From Candidatus Pacearchaeota archaeon (GTDB taxonomy: Archaea; Nanobdellota; Nanobdellia; Pacearchaeales; GW2011-AR1), in contig JBAZWF010000001.1 in NCBI GenBank assembly GCA_041660485.1, positions 279,076 to 343,075 on the forward strand: DNA of 64,000 bases, written 5' to 3'. Below, in pieces: positions 9,140 to 19,520 of this stretch (position 1 is the stretch's first letter; every line of letters starts with the position of its first letter). Under the pieces are notes generated by a model. That model ran no database searches and had not been told where the DNA came from. It saw nothing but the letters and a program-made list of their open reading frames with translations. Position numbers and translations under genes: made by a program.

Positions 9140-12100
9140 TTAATAAATCTTCGAACCTTTATTAACCCACAACTTTCCGCCTTTAGAAATATTAATTGTT
9201 CTTCCTGCGCCAGTAAATGTTAAGTTTCCTCCAGCAGTAATATTTAACAAGCCAACATCTTGAATTAGCAAATTGCCAGTTACATTAACAAGTGTTCCAA
9301 TAAGACTACAAGTCCGATTAATTATCCAATTGCCAGAACTATATACACAAGGATCTCCTGGACCTAAATCAAAATTAAGCACAAGATTATTAGTTAAATT
9401 AAATGTAGTGATATTACTATTATATCCTGCCTTAGTAACATTTATAGAATAATTTGTATAAAAGTATTGTCCAGTTCTATTCATTAAATATTCCTCTAAA
9501 GTTTTTTGGACAATATTTCCTCCTACCCCTGTTAGTTCACTAAATTTATAATTCCCCCATATATCAAATACAGTTACATTTGCACCTGACAATAAAGCCC
9601 CACTTGAATTTGTATTAACATCCAAATACCATCTAACTTTTATTGTTGCATTTTGTGCTGTCGCACTATAATTAATTCTTAATCCACTTCCTGTTCCATT
9701 AACTACATTTGTGAAATTAACCTGAACTCCATTCTCTGTTGAGGACATTAATACATCAAACTTATTTACACTCCCATTTAATATCATATCTTGAAATGAT
9801 GTATTTCCAGTAAATGGAATACCTATAGCATAACCATTTGGTCCGACAGCACTTACAACTCCTCCAATAACCGTTACATTTGTCGCTCTTGTTGTTCTCA
9901 TTGCACCTTGGGGCGATGAAGGAGTTGCATATTGAACAATTGTATTATTTATTAATAAAGTATTTGAAGAACGAGAAGCAATAATAAATGCATTTCCCGT
10001 GCTTCCTGAATAAATAGTATTGTTAATCATTGTTCCATTTAAACTACCCCAAGAAAATGTTGGGTTAGCCCCAGTAGAATTAACAATATTATTTGCTATA
10101 TAATACCAAGGATTATCTCCATTCATATAAAATAAACCAAATGAACCGCCATAAACTTGTGTAAATCTATTATTAGTTATATTATTTCCCCAATTTGAAT
10201 TAGCATAATTATTGTAAGTTCCAAACATTGGTGCATATGTTGTTCTACCAGTACAATTATTAATAATACCCCAATTTGCCCCATATCCCATATAAATATA
10301 ATTATCTCCTTTTGGAGATGTAAAATTAACACTATCAATTATTGTTGTATTTGAACCATGAATATCTATTCCATCATTACCCATATTACTATTTTTAATA
10401 GTAACATTATTGCTTCCTGCAATTATAATTTGTCCGTATGTTGTTACATTTAATCCTTCTCTCATTACATTATCTTGATCATAAAGATAATAAACTGGAT
10501 AGCCTTCTGCCAAATTAGTTGTATCAATAGAATTATTTAAATGAGTATCATTTGCATAATAACTTCCAGTTATTAAAGAAGGAAATAATAAATAACTCTT
10601 CCCTTGAGTTGTTGAATTAACATTATTTCTTGTTAAGGTATTATATCTTGATGCTTCCAAAGATATACCAGAACTTCCCAAAGTTCCTTCAACCCAAGGT
10701 ATCATATTATTATCTATAATATTTTCATGAGAATTATAAATTCTAATTCCTGTTACCATTGCATTGATTGTATTTCCAGTTATATTATTGTGATTACCAT
10801 TATTCAAATAAATATCTCTTGTATCTCCACCAGGAAAAGCTCGTCTTACAAATGTTACATTAGTTATCGTATTATTAACACTATTTGTTATTTCTATCCC
10901 TGCAATATAAGAACTTCCTGCTGTTCTTGCTCCTCTTTCAATTGTTAAATTATAAATATAAGTATTATTAAAACCAGATATATTAATACCAATAGCATGA
11001 GGTTGATTAGTAGTAGATAAAGAACCATTTCTTGAATAATTAAGCCAATAACCCATACCATTAATAGTAATATTATTTGCTATAACATTAAGGCAAGTCA
11101 TATTAGCCCAGATATTTTGATTTAATTGATAATATCCATTTGCTATATTAAGCGAGCTACTGCAATTAGTTATATTAGTTACAGTTCTCGGAGGATTTGA
11201 ATAAGTAATAATCAGCTGTGGCACCATTGCTGAATTAGCACTATTAAAAGTAATATAATTTCCAACACCAGTAGTTGCAGCAGTCCCATTTGGCTCAAAA
11301 GAATGTTTAAGTGCAATTGAAAAAATAGTATCTCCTAAACCACTAATATCTTGTGTTAAATTTCCTGGAGCTCCTAAACCTAAAGAAATATTATAATAAG
11401 TATTATAGTCTGCTTCACCAGATAAACTATTTTCTCTTGAATATGTTGCAGAATAATTCCACATATCATAATCAGTTCCAACATTTGGACAATTTCGAGT
11501 ATAAGCACTTTGATTAGTCATATAAATTTCAAAACCTACTTGTTGATTAGCTACCGGAGAAATAGTATTATTCACCTGAACATTCTTGCTTAGCCTTAAA
11601 ACAACAGAAGAAATATTTGCACCTGAAGGAATAGAACTAACATTAAAATCAAGAAAAGCTCTGGCAATTGCCCAATAATCTACAATGAAATTATCTCCAA
11701 GATAACCTTCAGTAACAATTGCAGTATTGCTACTATTTGTACACTTAGCTCCAACCATTGTTGAAGTTGCTCCTCCTGAAGCCACACTATAACTTGCATT
11801 AATTACAACAACTGTTTTTCCAGTTGAAACAGAATAACTTACTAACATCTGAGGACGATTATTAGTTGATTCATTTGTTGAAATATTAATATATCCTGCA
11901 GTAGTTGCAGGAGCCAATCCAATTCCAAAAATTGTATCTCCTCTTTTAATTTTACTATATAAATTATTTCCTGAAACAGCATAAAAAGTTGCATTATGCC
12001 AGCCAATAGCATCATTAAATGTATTTACTTCTGTTAAATACCTTGAACTATAATAAAAGGGATTTAATCCAGAAAAACTATTTGTTCCACTTAAAATATC

Positions 12101-13420
12101 TAATAACTTTGTATTACATCCAATATTTTTATAAGAATTTGTATCATTCATGGCATAAACATATAATTCAGAAGGAGATGCTCCAATACTCGTAGTATTT
12201 AACATAAGCTTAACTTCATCAATAGAAACTAAATCAGTTGCAGATATTGCAGATATATTAAATTCAATAAACCCCCTATAATATTCATAAACATCTCCGG
12301 CATATTCATCTGAACCACATTGCCCTAAATACTCAGTATCTACTTTTATTTGTTGAGTATTATTATAACAATAAGGTCCATAAGAAGAAGTACAAGCTCC
12401 ATCTGAACCCGTATACTGATAATAATATAAATAACCATCAAGATTCATTTCTCCTGCAGTATCTCCAATAACAATTGTATCATCAATTATAATTTGCCCT
12501 TCTGTTTCCTGCAACCAGCTCATTGGTACAAGAGCATCAATTATAATTTCATCATTAGAATTATAAGTTATTTCTCTATTAAAATTAATTTTTGTTTTTG
12601 AATCCCATGCTTCTGCAACCGGAATATAAAATAATAATTTTCCATCTTTCCAAAACTCAATTTTATCTCCTGTCTCTGCACTTTCACCAACATTTAATCT
12701 CTTGCCATTAACCTTTATTTCTAAATCATTTGAAATCTTTGCTTTTTGTCTAAAAACAAAATATTCCTTATCAAAATCCAGAAAATTTTTATTATTTAAT
12801 ATTAACTTTTCTTTAACAATATCTTTTTCAGAAGTATAACTTAAATCAATGTCATTTCTAAAAATCTTTTTGTATACAAATTCATTTCCTTTAGCTATTC
12901 CAGAACTTTCTTTATCTTCAGAAATTACTTCAAGATTATCTCCTAACCTATAGCCAATAGAAATTGGCATAAAATAAATATTTGAATCTTTATATTCATA
13001 GTTTACTGGGAATATTGTCTCACTAATTTTATCTTTAAAATACAAATCATAAAGCCCCTCATTAGAAGCATATTCCTGAGCATTAACTTTTTTTATTGTA
13101 AAATTAAATGGTTTCCATTCACCGCTATCAGAAAGATAATTTATTTGATTATTATTAATTAAAGCTTTTCTCTTATCTTCACCAAAACAATAAATATTAA
13201 AATTATATCCTCTTTCGCAAATAGTATAATTCGAAGTTAATAATTGAGTCGTTATATCAAAATTAACTAATTCACTAAATTTATTAAAATTAAAGTTATT
13301 CTTCTCAACAAATTTATTTAAAGGAGTTACATAAAAAATAAATATAAAAGCAATAATTCCAATCACAATTATTAATGCTTTATATTTCTTAAAATTTGTT
13401 TTTATGCCTTCTTTTTTCAT
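9140..13420 (-). CDS. giant secreted/surface protein with parallel beta-helix-like repeats, heavily N-glycosylation-sequon rich
   Basis: 1426 aa; N-terminal signal anchor; dozens of N-x-S/T sequons; repeated NITGNTI / NNTI / IIDNN motifs typical of right-handed beta-helix (pectate-lyase-like) repeats. Confidence 0.6.
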   Translation of the reverse strand: MKKEGIKTNFKKYKALIIVIGIIAFIFIFYVTPLNKFVEKNNFNFNKFSELVNFDITTQLLTSNYTICERGYNFNIYCFGEDKRKALINNNQINYLSDSGEWKPFNFTIKKVNAQEYASNEGLYDLYFKDKISETIFPVNYEYKDSNIYFMPISIGYRLGDNLEVISEDKESSGIAKGNEFVYKKIFRNDIDLSYTSEKDIVKEKLILNNKNFLDFDKEYFVFRQKAKISNDLEIKVNGKRLNVGESAETGDKIEFWKDGKLLFYIPVAEAWDSKTKINFNREITYNSNDEIIIDALVPMSWLQETEGQIIIDDTIVIGDTAGEMNLDGYLYYYQYTGSDGACTSSYGPYCYNNTQQIKVDTEYLGQCGSDEYAGDVYEYYRGFIEFNISAISATDLVSIDEVKLMLNTTSIGASPSELYVYAMNDTNSYKNIGCNTKLLDILSGTNSFSGLNPFYYSSRYLTEVNTFNDAIGWHNATFYAVSGNNLYSKIKRGDTIFGIGLAPATTAGYINISTNESTNNRPQMLVSYSVSTGKTVVVINASYSVASGGATSTMVGAKCTNSSNTAIVTEGYLGDNFIVDYWAIARAFLDFNVSSIPSGANISSVVLRLSKNVQVNNTISPVANQQVGFEIYMTNQSAYTRNCPNVGTDYDMWNYSATYSRENSLSGEADYNTYYNISLGLGAPGNLTQDISGLGDTIFSIALKHSFEPNGTAATTGVGNYITFNSANSAMVPQLIITYSNPPRTVTNITNCSSSLNIANGYYQLNQNIWANMTCLNVIANNITINGMGYWLNYSRNGSLSTTNQPHAIGINISGFNNTYIYNLTIERGARTAGSSYIAGIEITNSVNNTITNVTFVRRAFPGGDTRDIYLNNGNHNNITGNTINAMVTGIRIYNSHENIIDNNMIPWVEGTLGSSGISLEASRYNTLTRNNVNSTTQGKSYLLFPSLITGSYYANDTHLNNSIDTTNLAEGYPVYYLYDQDNVMREGLNVTTYGQIIIAGSNNVTIKNSNMGNDGIDIHGSNTTIIDSVNFTSPKGDNYIYMGYGANWGIINNCTGRTTYAPMFGTYNNYANSNWGNNITNNRFTQVYGGSFGLFYMNGDNPWYYIANNIVNSTGANPTFSWGSLNGTMINNTIYSGSTGNAFIIASRSSNTLLINNTIVQYATPSSPQGAMRTTRATNVTVIGGVVSAVGPNGYAIGIPFTGNTSFQDMILNGSVNKFDVLMSSTENGVQVNFTNVVNGTGSGLRINYSATAQNATIKVRWYLDVNTNSSGALLSGANVTVFDIWGNYKFSELTGVGGNIVQKTLEEYLMNRTGQYFYTNYSINVTKAGYNSNITTFNLTNNLVLNFDLGPGDPCVYSSGNWIINRTCSLIGTLVNVTGNLLIQDVGLLNITAGGNLTFTGAGRTINISKGGKLWVNKGSKIY

Positions 13421-13457
13421 CTTTTTTCACCAAATAACATTTAATTAAAATAATAAA

Positions 13458-16457
13458 TTACGACACCTGAATTATAAGGCGAGAATTAGTGCCGTCCCAA
13501 TATATTTTTCCATCTCCCATGCTAATATTATTTCCCGCTCCGCTAACATTAATATTTCCAGCAACTTCTAGTTTTGCCCCATTAGGAGTCGCAGTTCCTA
13601 TCCCCACGTTTCCCCCAGTATTAACATATAATGTACTATTCAAAGAAACATTTCCACGAACATCTAAATAAGATGCAGGAGTTGTTATTCCTATTCCTAC
13701 TTTTCCTCCAGAAGTTATTCTCATTCTTTCAGCAGTATTTGCTACAAATGCAAGTTCATCAGCAGTAGGATATTCAATACCAATATAAGTATTACCATCA
13801 GTTTGTTTTATAATTCCTCCTCGAACTTGCAAATTTCCATTTATATCTAAGGTAGTTGCAGGATTTGCAATCCCTATACCTACCATTCCCCCACTTACAT
13901 CAACTTTAAATGTTGAAACATTAATTGTTAAATTATTACTTCCAAAATTAATAGGTTGATTTGCATTTGTCCCTGACAAATTCAAATATAAATTTCCTGC
14001 ACCAAGAGTTTGATTATACATCCATGCGCTTATATCTGTTCCATTTTGAATATAAATTGTATTTGAAACATTTATATTTCCTCTAACATCTAATAATTGA
14101 TAAGGTGTTGTTGTGCCTATTCCTACTTTTCCTAATTGATCAATTATCATACGCTGTTTGCTTCCAGCAGCATAAGAATCTGTTGTTCCAAAATACATTT
14201 TTGACCCAAATGTAGCAGAAGATTCTACATATATACCTGCTACCCCAGAATTAACTTGAGAACCAGCATTATTTCCACCAAAAGTAATTGATGAAGTATT
14301 AAAATTAGTCCCAACAGGATTTAAATGAATTGTTCCTTTACCAGTGCCTGAAGTAAGTGTTTCTGCTCCACTTTCAATTTGTAATTTACTTCCAGGAGTT
14401 GTTGTCCCTATACCAACTCTTCCACCATTTGCATCAACCTTAAATGTAGAAACATTAACAGTCAAATTATAATTTCCAAAATCAATTGGTTGATTTGCAT
14501 TTGTTCCAGACAAATTTAAATATAAATTTCCTGCACCTAAAGTTTGATTATACATCCATGCACTTATATCTGTTCCATTTTGAATATAAATTGTATTTGA
14601 AACATTTATATTTCCTCTAACATCTAATAATTGATAAGGTGTTGCTGTCCCTATTCCTACTTTTCCTGATCTACTTATACGCATAAGCTCTGCATTAGTA
14701 TAAGCATTGTTAGATGTTCCAATTTTAAATGTTATATCTCCCCCTCCAACACTATTATATGAAGTCATACCGATACTTGCCTTATAAAAATTAGTTAGAC
14801 TTGAATCATTATAAACTGCTAATTCATATCCATATATTCCTTGAGCACTTGTTCCTGCTGCAGGGTCTCCTTGAATTAACATTCCTGGATAAGTTAAATC
14901 TCCATCAATAATAATATAATCTCTGCCAGAATAAATCGCTCCAGACATAGAATTATACATTGGCCTAGTTGCAATATGTAATGGTGCTAAAGGTGTTGTT
15001 GTCCCTATTCCAACTCTTCCACCATTTGCATCAACTTTAAATGTAGAAACATTAACAGTAAGATTATTACTTCCAAAATTAATAGGTTGATTTGCATTTG
15101 TCCCTGACAAATTCAAATATAAATTTCCTGCACCAAGAGTTTGATTATAAGCCCATGTAACATAAGTTGCATTATATGTAGACATATAACTTAAGTTCGC
15201 AGCTGATAACCAAGTAACATTAACAGAAGCAAAATCATAAGTTTCATTATATTTAGAAATTCCAGTTAAAGCAGAACCATCGCCAACATAAGAACTTGCA
15301 TTCATAATTCCTGCAAAATATCCATTTTTCCATCTCAATGTAGCAGTTCCAATATCAAACTGATTATCAAATCCATCAGTAGGAATTAAACTTGCATTAA
15401 CATTTATATTATTAACAGCTAAAGAAGTTATATTATAAACATAAAGAGATTTTGCAAAAATATTTCCTCCAATAATTGAAACTCCTCCAGACTGCCAGCC
15501 ACTATTAAAATTTGTATTTCCAGAAATATTTAAACCACTTTCATCTGCATAAATTGTCGCACTTCCAACACGCAAATAACTTGTTAAATTCAATCCTAAC
15601 ATCTGTCCTTCTGAATCTAATCCATATTTTGCAGCATAAGTTTCATTATAAGTCGATAAATAACTTAAATTTGCAGCAGATAACCAAGTAACATTAACAG
15701 ATGCAAAATCATAACTTTCATTATAAATTCCTCCTGAAAAAGTTTGATTATATGCCCAAGTAGCATAAGTCGAATTATAAGTTGAATAAATTCCACTAGC
15801 ATTTAATAAATTCTGAATATTTCCAGTTGTATTAACTGATAAAATCATGCTTGTTTCGTTATAAACTCCTGCGCGCGAATCAATTGTAATATTTAATTGA
15901 GTATCATTAAAAGATAGCATACTTCCATTAAAAGAAAGATAATTTGAAGAAACACTATTAACAACCCAATTAAATAATCCTTTAAACCATCCTCCAGCAC
16001 TCATAGAAATATTCTGCCCAGGACTCATAGTTACTGAATCATTAGAAAGCATAATATTTGCATAACCATTGATATTTGAAAGAGAAATATTTCCAGTTGA
16101 ACTTTGAAAAATCTGCCTATCATTTCCATTAAAACTAAATTTCTCTCCATTAACATACATCTCAAAGTAATAAATTCCTCCATATTGTAAACTTAAATCT
16201 TGTGTCCCATTTCCAAGCATTACATCATATTTTCCAGCTGAAATAGAGTTAATAAAATCCCCTGAAGAATTATAAATCAAATTTCCTCCTGAACCAGCAT
16301 CATAAATATAAACTGTCAGATTTCCAGAAGCTAAGTTTACTCCACTTTGTTTAATATTTCCCTGCAAAGCCATTAAATCATCTGTTGCATAAACACCAGT
16401 CGCTATAAGAAAACTACAAATAATCACAACTCCAACTATTAATCTGCTAATTCTCAT
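13458..16457 (-). CDS. large secreted surface protein with tail-fibre-like GxVGIGTTTP repeats
   Basis: 999 aa; signal peptide MRISRLIVGVVIICSFLIATGVYA; three copies of NQTLGAGNLYLNLSGTNANQPINFG.NNLTVNVSTFKVDANGGRVGIGTTTP and repeated GKVGIGTATPYQLLDVRGNINVS motifs; sequon rich. Confidence 0.6.
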   Translation of the reverse strand: MRISRLIVGVVIICSFLIATGVYATDDLMALQGNIKQSGVNLASGNLTVYIYDAGSGGNLIYNSSGDFINSISAGKYDVMLGNGTQDLSLQYGGIYYFEMYVNGEKFSFNGNDRQIFQSSTGNISLSNINGYANIMLSNDSVTMSPGQNISMSAGGWFKGLFNWVVNSVSSNYLSFNGSMLSFNDTQLNITIDSRAGVYNETSMILSVNTTGNIQNLLNASGIYSTYNSTYATWAYNQTFSGGIYNESYDFASVNVTWLSAANLSYLSTYNETYAAKYGLDSEGQMLGLNLTSYLRVGSATIYADESGLNISGNTNFNSGWQSGGVSIIGGNIFAKSLYVYNITSLAVNNINVNASLIPTDGFDNQFDIGTATLRWKNGYFAGIMNASSYVGDGSALTGISKYNETYDFASVNVTWLSAANLSYMSTYNATYVTWAYNQTLGAGNLYLNLSGTNANQPINFGSNNLTVNVSTFKVDANGGRVGIGTTTPLAPLHIATRPMYNSMSGAIYSGRDYIIIDGDLTYPGMLIQGDPAAGTSAQGIYGYELAVYNDSSLTNFYKASIGMTSYNSVGGGDITFKIGTSNNAYTNAELMRISRSGKVGIGTATPYQLLDVRGNINVSNTIYIQNGTDISAWMYNQTLGAGNLYLNLSGTNANQPIDFGNYNLTVNVSTFKVDANGGRVGIGTTTPGSKLQIESGAETLTSGTGKGTIHLNPVGTNFNTSSITFGGNNAGSQVNSGVAGIYVESSATFGSKMYFGTTDSYAAGSKQRMIIDQLGKVGIGTTTPYQLLDVRGNINVSNTIYIQNGTDISAWMYNQTLGAGNLYLNLSGTNANQPINFGSNNLTINVSTFKVDVSGGMVGIGIANPATTLDINGNLQVRGGIIKQTDGNTYIGIEYPTADELAFVANTAERMRITSGGKVGIGITTPASYLDVRGNVSLNSTLYVNTGGNVGIGTATPNGAKLEVAGNINVSGAGNNISMGDGKIYWDGTNSRLIIQVS
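13868..15730 (-). repeat. intragenic long direct repeats (three ~240-bp copies at about 13868-14110, 14408-14645 and 14998-15150; a second ~60-bp pair at about 15195-15255 and 15665-15725)
   Basis: Near-identical DNA stretches ttccaaaattaataggttgatttgcatttgtccctgacaaattcaaatataaatttcctgcacc... recur with 530-590 bp period. Confidence 0.8.
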
Positions 16458-16628
16458 CTCTTTTAGCTCTTTTTATTTATTAAATACCGGAAATCTAGTA
16501 TATAAATATTATGCTCTATAAAAACAAGTTTATCGAATATAAAAAATAATAAGAAAAATGATAAAACATTCTAAAAATATTTAGATATAATTCAATTTAT
16601 TAAAAACAGTTAAATTGCCATAACATTA

Positions 16629-18710
16629 ATGTTTAAAAGTACTATTTTTATTATAGTTTCTTATAAAAAGATGGGACAATTATCATTTAATCCAGATGGA
16701 AGCGTGAATTTGCCAGATGCTATCAAGAAAGATTTAGAAAAAGAAAAAAAGGGCATTCAAAGAAAAATATGGGAAGAAGAAGATGGATATGAATCTGATG
16801 AAGAGATAAGTATGCAAATCTGGGAACAAGATGAAAAATTTGATGATTTAAAATATAATCTAGAAGATGATGTTTCTGAATTTAATTTATACAAAGAATC
16901 TCAAAAATTAGAACCTTTAACTTTTTCAAACAATAAAACTCAAAAAGATATTGTTAATGATGTTGTTAAACTTGCTAAATCTGGAAAAAAAGTTATTTTT
17001 ATTAAAGGAGTTTGTGGAACCGGAAAAAGTGCAATTGCACTTAACATAGGCAAACAACTAGGCAAGGCAAGTATAGTTGTTCCTGGGAAAGCTCTGCAGA
17101 AACAATATCGTGATGATTATTCAAAAGAAAAATACGTTCTTAAAAATGATCATAAAAAATTAAGAATAAAAGTAATAACTGGTAGAGACAACCATAAATG
17201 TTTATATAAGCACAACTGCTCAGCAGATTTTTCTGAACTTCCATGCAAAATTGAAATTAAAGAAAGTAATATGGATAAATTAAAAGAATATTTAAAAGAA
17301 AATTCAAAAGTTAGAAATGATTTAGAACTTAAAGAAATTAGAAGAATATCTATTGCACCTGTCTGCCCATTTTGGTCTCCTATTGTGCCATCAGAATATG
17401 AACTGCCAATTGGAGCAAATAAAAGAAAATATAAAGGATTAAAGGGAATTGATTTTACTATTTATAATAGAAAAGAAGGATGCACATACTATAATCAGTT
17501 TAATTCTTATATTGATGCTGAATCAATCATATTTAATGCTGCAAAGTATAAATTAGAAGTTTTAATGAATAGAAAACCTGCAACAGATGTAGAAATAATC
17601 GACGAATGTGACGAATTTTTAGATAGTTTTTCAAATGTACGCAGATTAAACATTAATAGAATGTTAAATTCATTGAATACTGTTTTTCCAGATGATGAAA
17701 AATTGCAATTCATTGTAAGAAAAATATTCAATTGCGGAAATAACATTATAAAAGATCCATATGTAAGAAACTTAGTTGCAAAAAAGGATATTACTGAAAT
17801 TAAAAAAACATTAATTTATGAATTATTATGTTATTTTGTTGATAATCCCAATCTTGCAGGAGAAATTGATGAAGATAATTATTGTCAAACTGTAAATGAA
17901 ATAGCATTAGAATTTGAAGAATATTTTGATGAAGCTTATATTTCTTTCTCGCTTGAAGAAAGAGGGTTAATTGCAAATATAGCTACAACTAATTTATCAA
18001 AAAAATTTAATGACTTAATTGATAAAAGCGAAGTTATTGTAATGATGTCTGGAACAATTCATTCAGAAAAGGTTTTGAAAGACATCTTTGGTATAGATGA
18101 TTTTGCAGTTATTGATGCAGAAGTTATTAATCAAGGAGAAATTAATGTTCTTAGAACTGGATTTGAATTTGATTGTAAATATGAAAATTTTTCAAATGGC
18201 AATATTTCCAGGGAAAGTTATTTAATTGCTTTAGATAAAGCAATTGAAAGGGCTCCGCGTCCAACTCTTGTCCATGTTAATTCTTTTGATGATTTGCCTT
18301 CAATTGCAGAAAAAGAAAATTATAATTTGATTAATCTAATGACTAAACAAAAACTAATTGAACTTCAGCAAGGTGATAAAGAAAATAAGATGGTTGAAAA
18401 ATTTAAGAGCTTTGAGATTCCAGTGTTATTTACAACTAAATGTAATAGAGGAGTTGATTTTCCAGGTGAACAATGCAAAAGCATTGTATTTACTAAATAT
18501 CCAAATGCAAATGTTAATTCAATATTCTGGAAAATATTAAGAAAAACACATCCGACATATTATTGGGAGTTTTACAGAGATAAAGCTAAGAGGGAATTTC
18601 TTCAAAAAATTTATCGAGGAGTTCGTTCAAGTGATGATCATGTTTATATTTTATCTCCAGATTCAAGAGTTTTAGATGCTGCTGAGAAAATAATTTCAGC
18701 CAATGGTTAA
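16629..18710 (+). CDS. Rad3/XPD/DinG-family SF2 helicase-like ATPase with Cys-rich insertion
   Basis: Walker A GVCGTGKSAIAL, DECDEF Walker B, Cys-rich region between motifs (possible FeS domain), C-terminal YRGVRSSDDHVYILSPDSR resembling XPD motif VI (GRviR..dD.g.v.llD.R). Confidence 0.5.
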   Translation: MFKSTIFIIVSYKKMGQLSFNPDGSVNLPDAIKKDLEKEKKGIQRKIWEEEDGYESDEEISMQIWEQDEKFDDLKYNLEDDVSEFNLYKESQKLEPLTFSNNKTQKDIVNDVVKLAKSGKKVIFIKGVCGTGKSAIALNIGKQLGKASIVVPGKALQKQYRDDYSKEKYVLKNDHKKLRIKVITGRDNHKCLYKHNCSADFSELPCKIEIKESNMDKLKEYLKENSKVRNDLELKEIRRISIAPVCPFWSPIVPSEYELPIGANKRKYKGLKGIDFTIYNRKEGCTYYNQFNSYIDAESIIFNAAKYKLEVLMNRKPATDVEIIDECDEFLDSFSNVRRLNINRMLNSLNTVFPDDEKLQFIVRKIFNCGNNIIKDPYVRNLVAKKDITEIKKTLIYELLCYFVDNPNLAGEIDEDNYCQTVNEIALEFEEYFDEAYISFSLEERGLIANIATTNLSKKFNDLIDKSEVIVMMSGTIHSEKVLKDIFGIDDFAVIDAEVINQGEINVLRTGFEFDCKYENFSNGNISRESYLIALDKAIERAPRPTLVHVNSFDDLPSIAEKENYNLINLMTKQKLIELQQGDKENKMVEKFKSFEIPVLFTTKCNRGVDFPGEQCKSIVFTKYPNANVNSIFWKILRKTHPTYYWEFYRDKAKREFLQKIYRGVRSSDDHVYILSPDSRVLDAAEKIISANG

Positions 18711-18719
18711 TTTTATTAA

Positions 18720-19520
18720 TTGTCCTTTCTTTATTTTTTGATGATACCAAATTCATTTGATGTTCTAGGGAATATTGCTATTCTTAAATTTGAAAAAAGT
18801 GAAAAAAAGGCAGATAAAATAAAAACTGCAAAAGAACTAATGGAAATACATAAAAATATTACAACAGTTGTTGAAAAAATTGGAAAAGTGCATGGTAGGT
18901 TGAGAACAATAAAAACAAGTTATCTTGCAGGAGAGAAAACAAAAGTTGCAGTATATCGAGAAAATGCGTGTGTTTTTAAATTTAATATTGATACAACTTA
19001 TTTTTCTCCACGTTTGAGCAATGAAAGAAACGAAGTTGCTAAGCAAGTTAAGAAAGACGAAGAAGTATTAGTTTTATTTGCAGGTGTTGCTCCGTTTTCA
19101 ATTGTTGTAGGGAAAATGGCAAAGCCAAAAAGTATTGTTTCTGTTGAAATTAATCGTGAAGCATCAAAATATGCAGAAGAAAATGTTAAATTAAATAAAT
19201 TAAACAATGTGCGAATTGTTCAGGGAGATGTAAAAAAAGTTATTCCTAAATTAATTATAGAAAAAAAGAAGTTTAACAGAATTGTTATGGCACGTCCACA
19301 ACTGAAAGATACATTTTTAGTGCCTTCATTAAAAGTTATCAAGAAAAACGGGATTATTAATTATTATGGATTTGCAAAAGAGGGAAAAACAGTTTTAGAT
19401 GAGATAAATAGAGATTGTAAAAAAGCAAAAAAGAAAATAAAAGTAATAAATGTGAAAAAAGCAGGAGATATTGCACCTTATAAATTTAGATGGAGAGTTG
19501 ATTTTAGAGTTCTGAATTAA
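18720..19520 (+). CDS. tRNA methyltransferase of Trm5/Taw2 (Met-10+) family
   Basis: DVLGNIAIL motif, SAM-binding FAGVAPFSIVVGK, ENVKLNKLNNVRIVQGD. Confidence 0.6.
   Translation: MSFLYFLMIPNSFDVLGNIAILKFEKSEKKADKIKTAKELMEIHKNITTVVEKIGKVHGRLRTIKTSYLAGEKTKVAVYRENACVFKFNIDTTYFSPRLSNERNEVAKQVKKDEEVLVLFAGVAPFSIVVGKMAKPKSIVSVEINREASKYAEENVKLNKLNNVRIVQGDVKKVIPKLIIEKKKFNRIVMARPQLKDTFLVPSLKVIKKNGIINYYGFAKEGKTVLDEINRDCKKAKKKIKVINVKKAGDIAPYKFRWRVDFRVLN

Noticed and set aside
13458-16457. Prophage interpretation of the tail-fibre-like repeat protein
   Set aside because: No capsid, terminase, portal or integrase genes nearby. The protein has a Sec signal peptide and a sequon-rich composition like the adjacent surface protein, so a cellular surface or adhesin role is more parsimonious.
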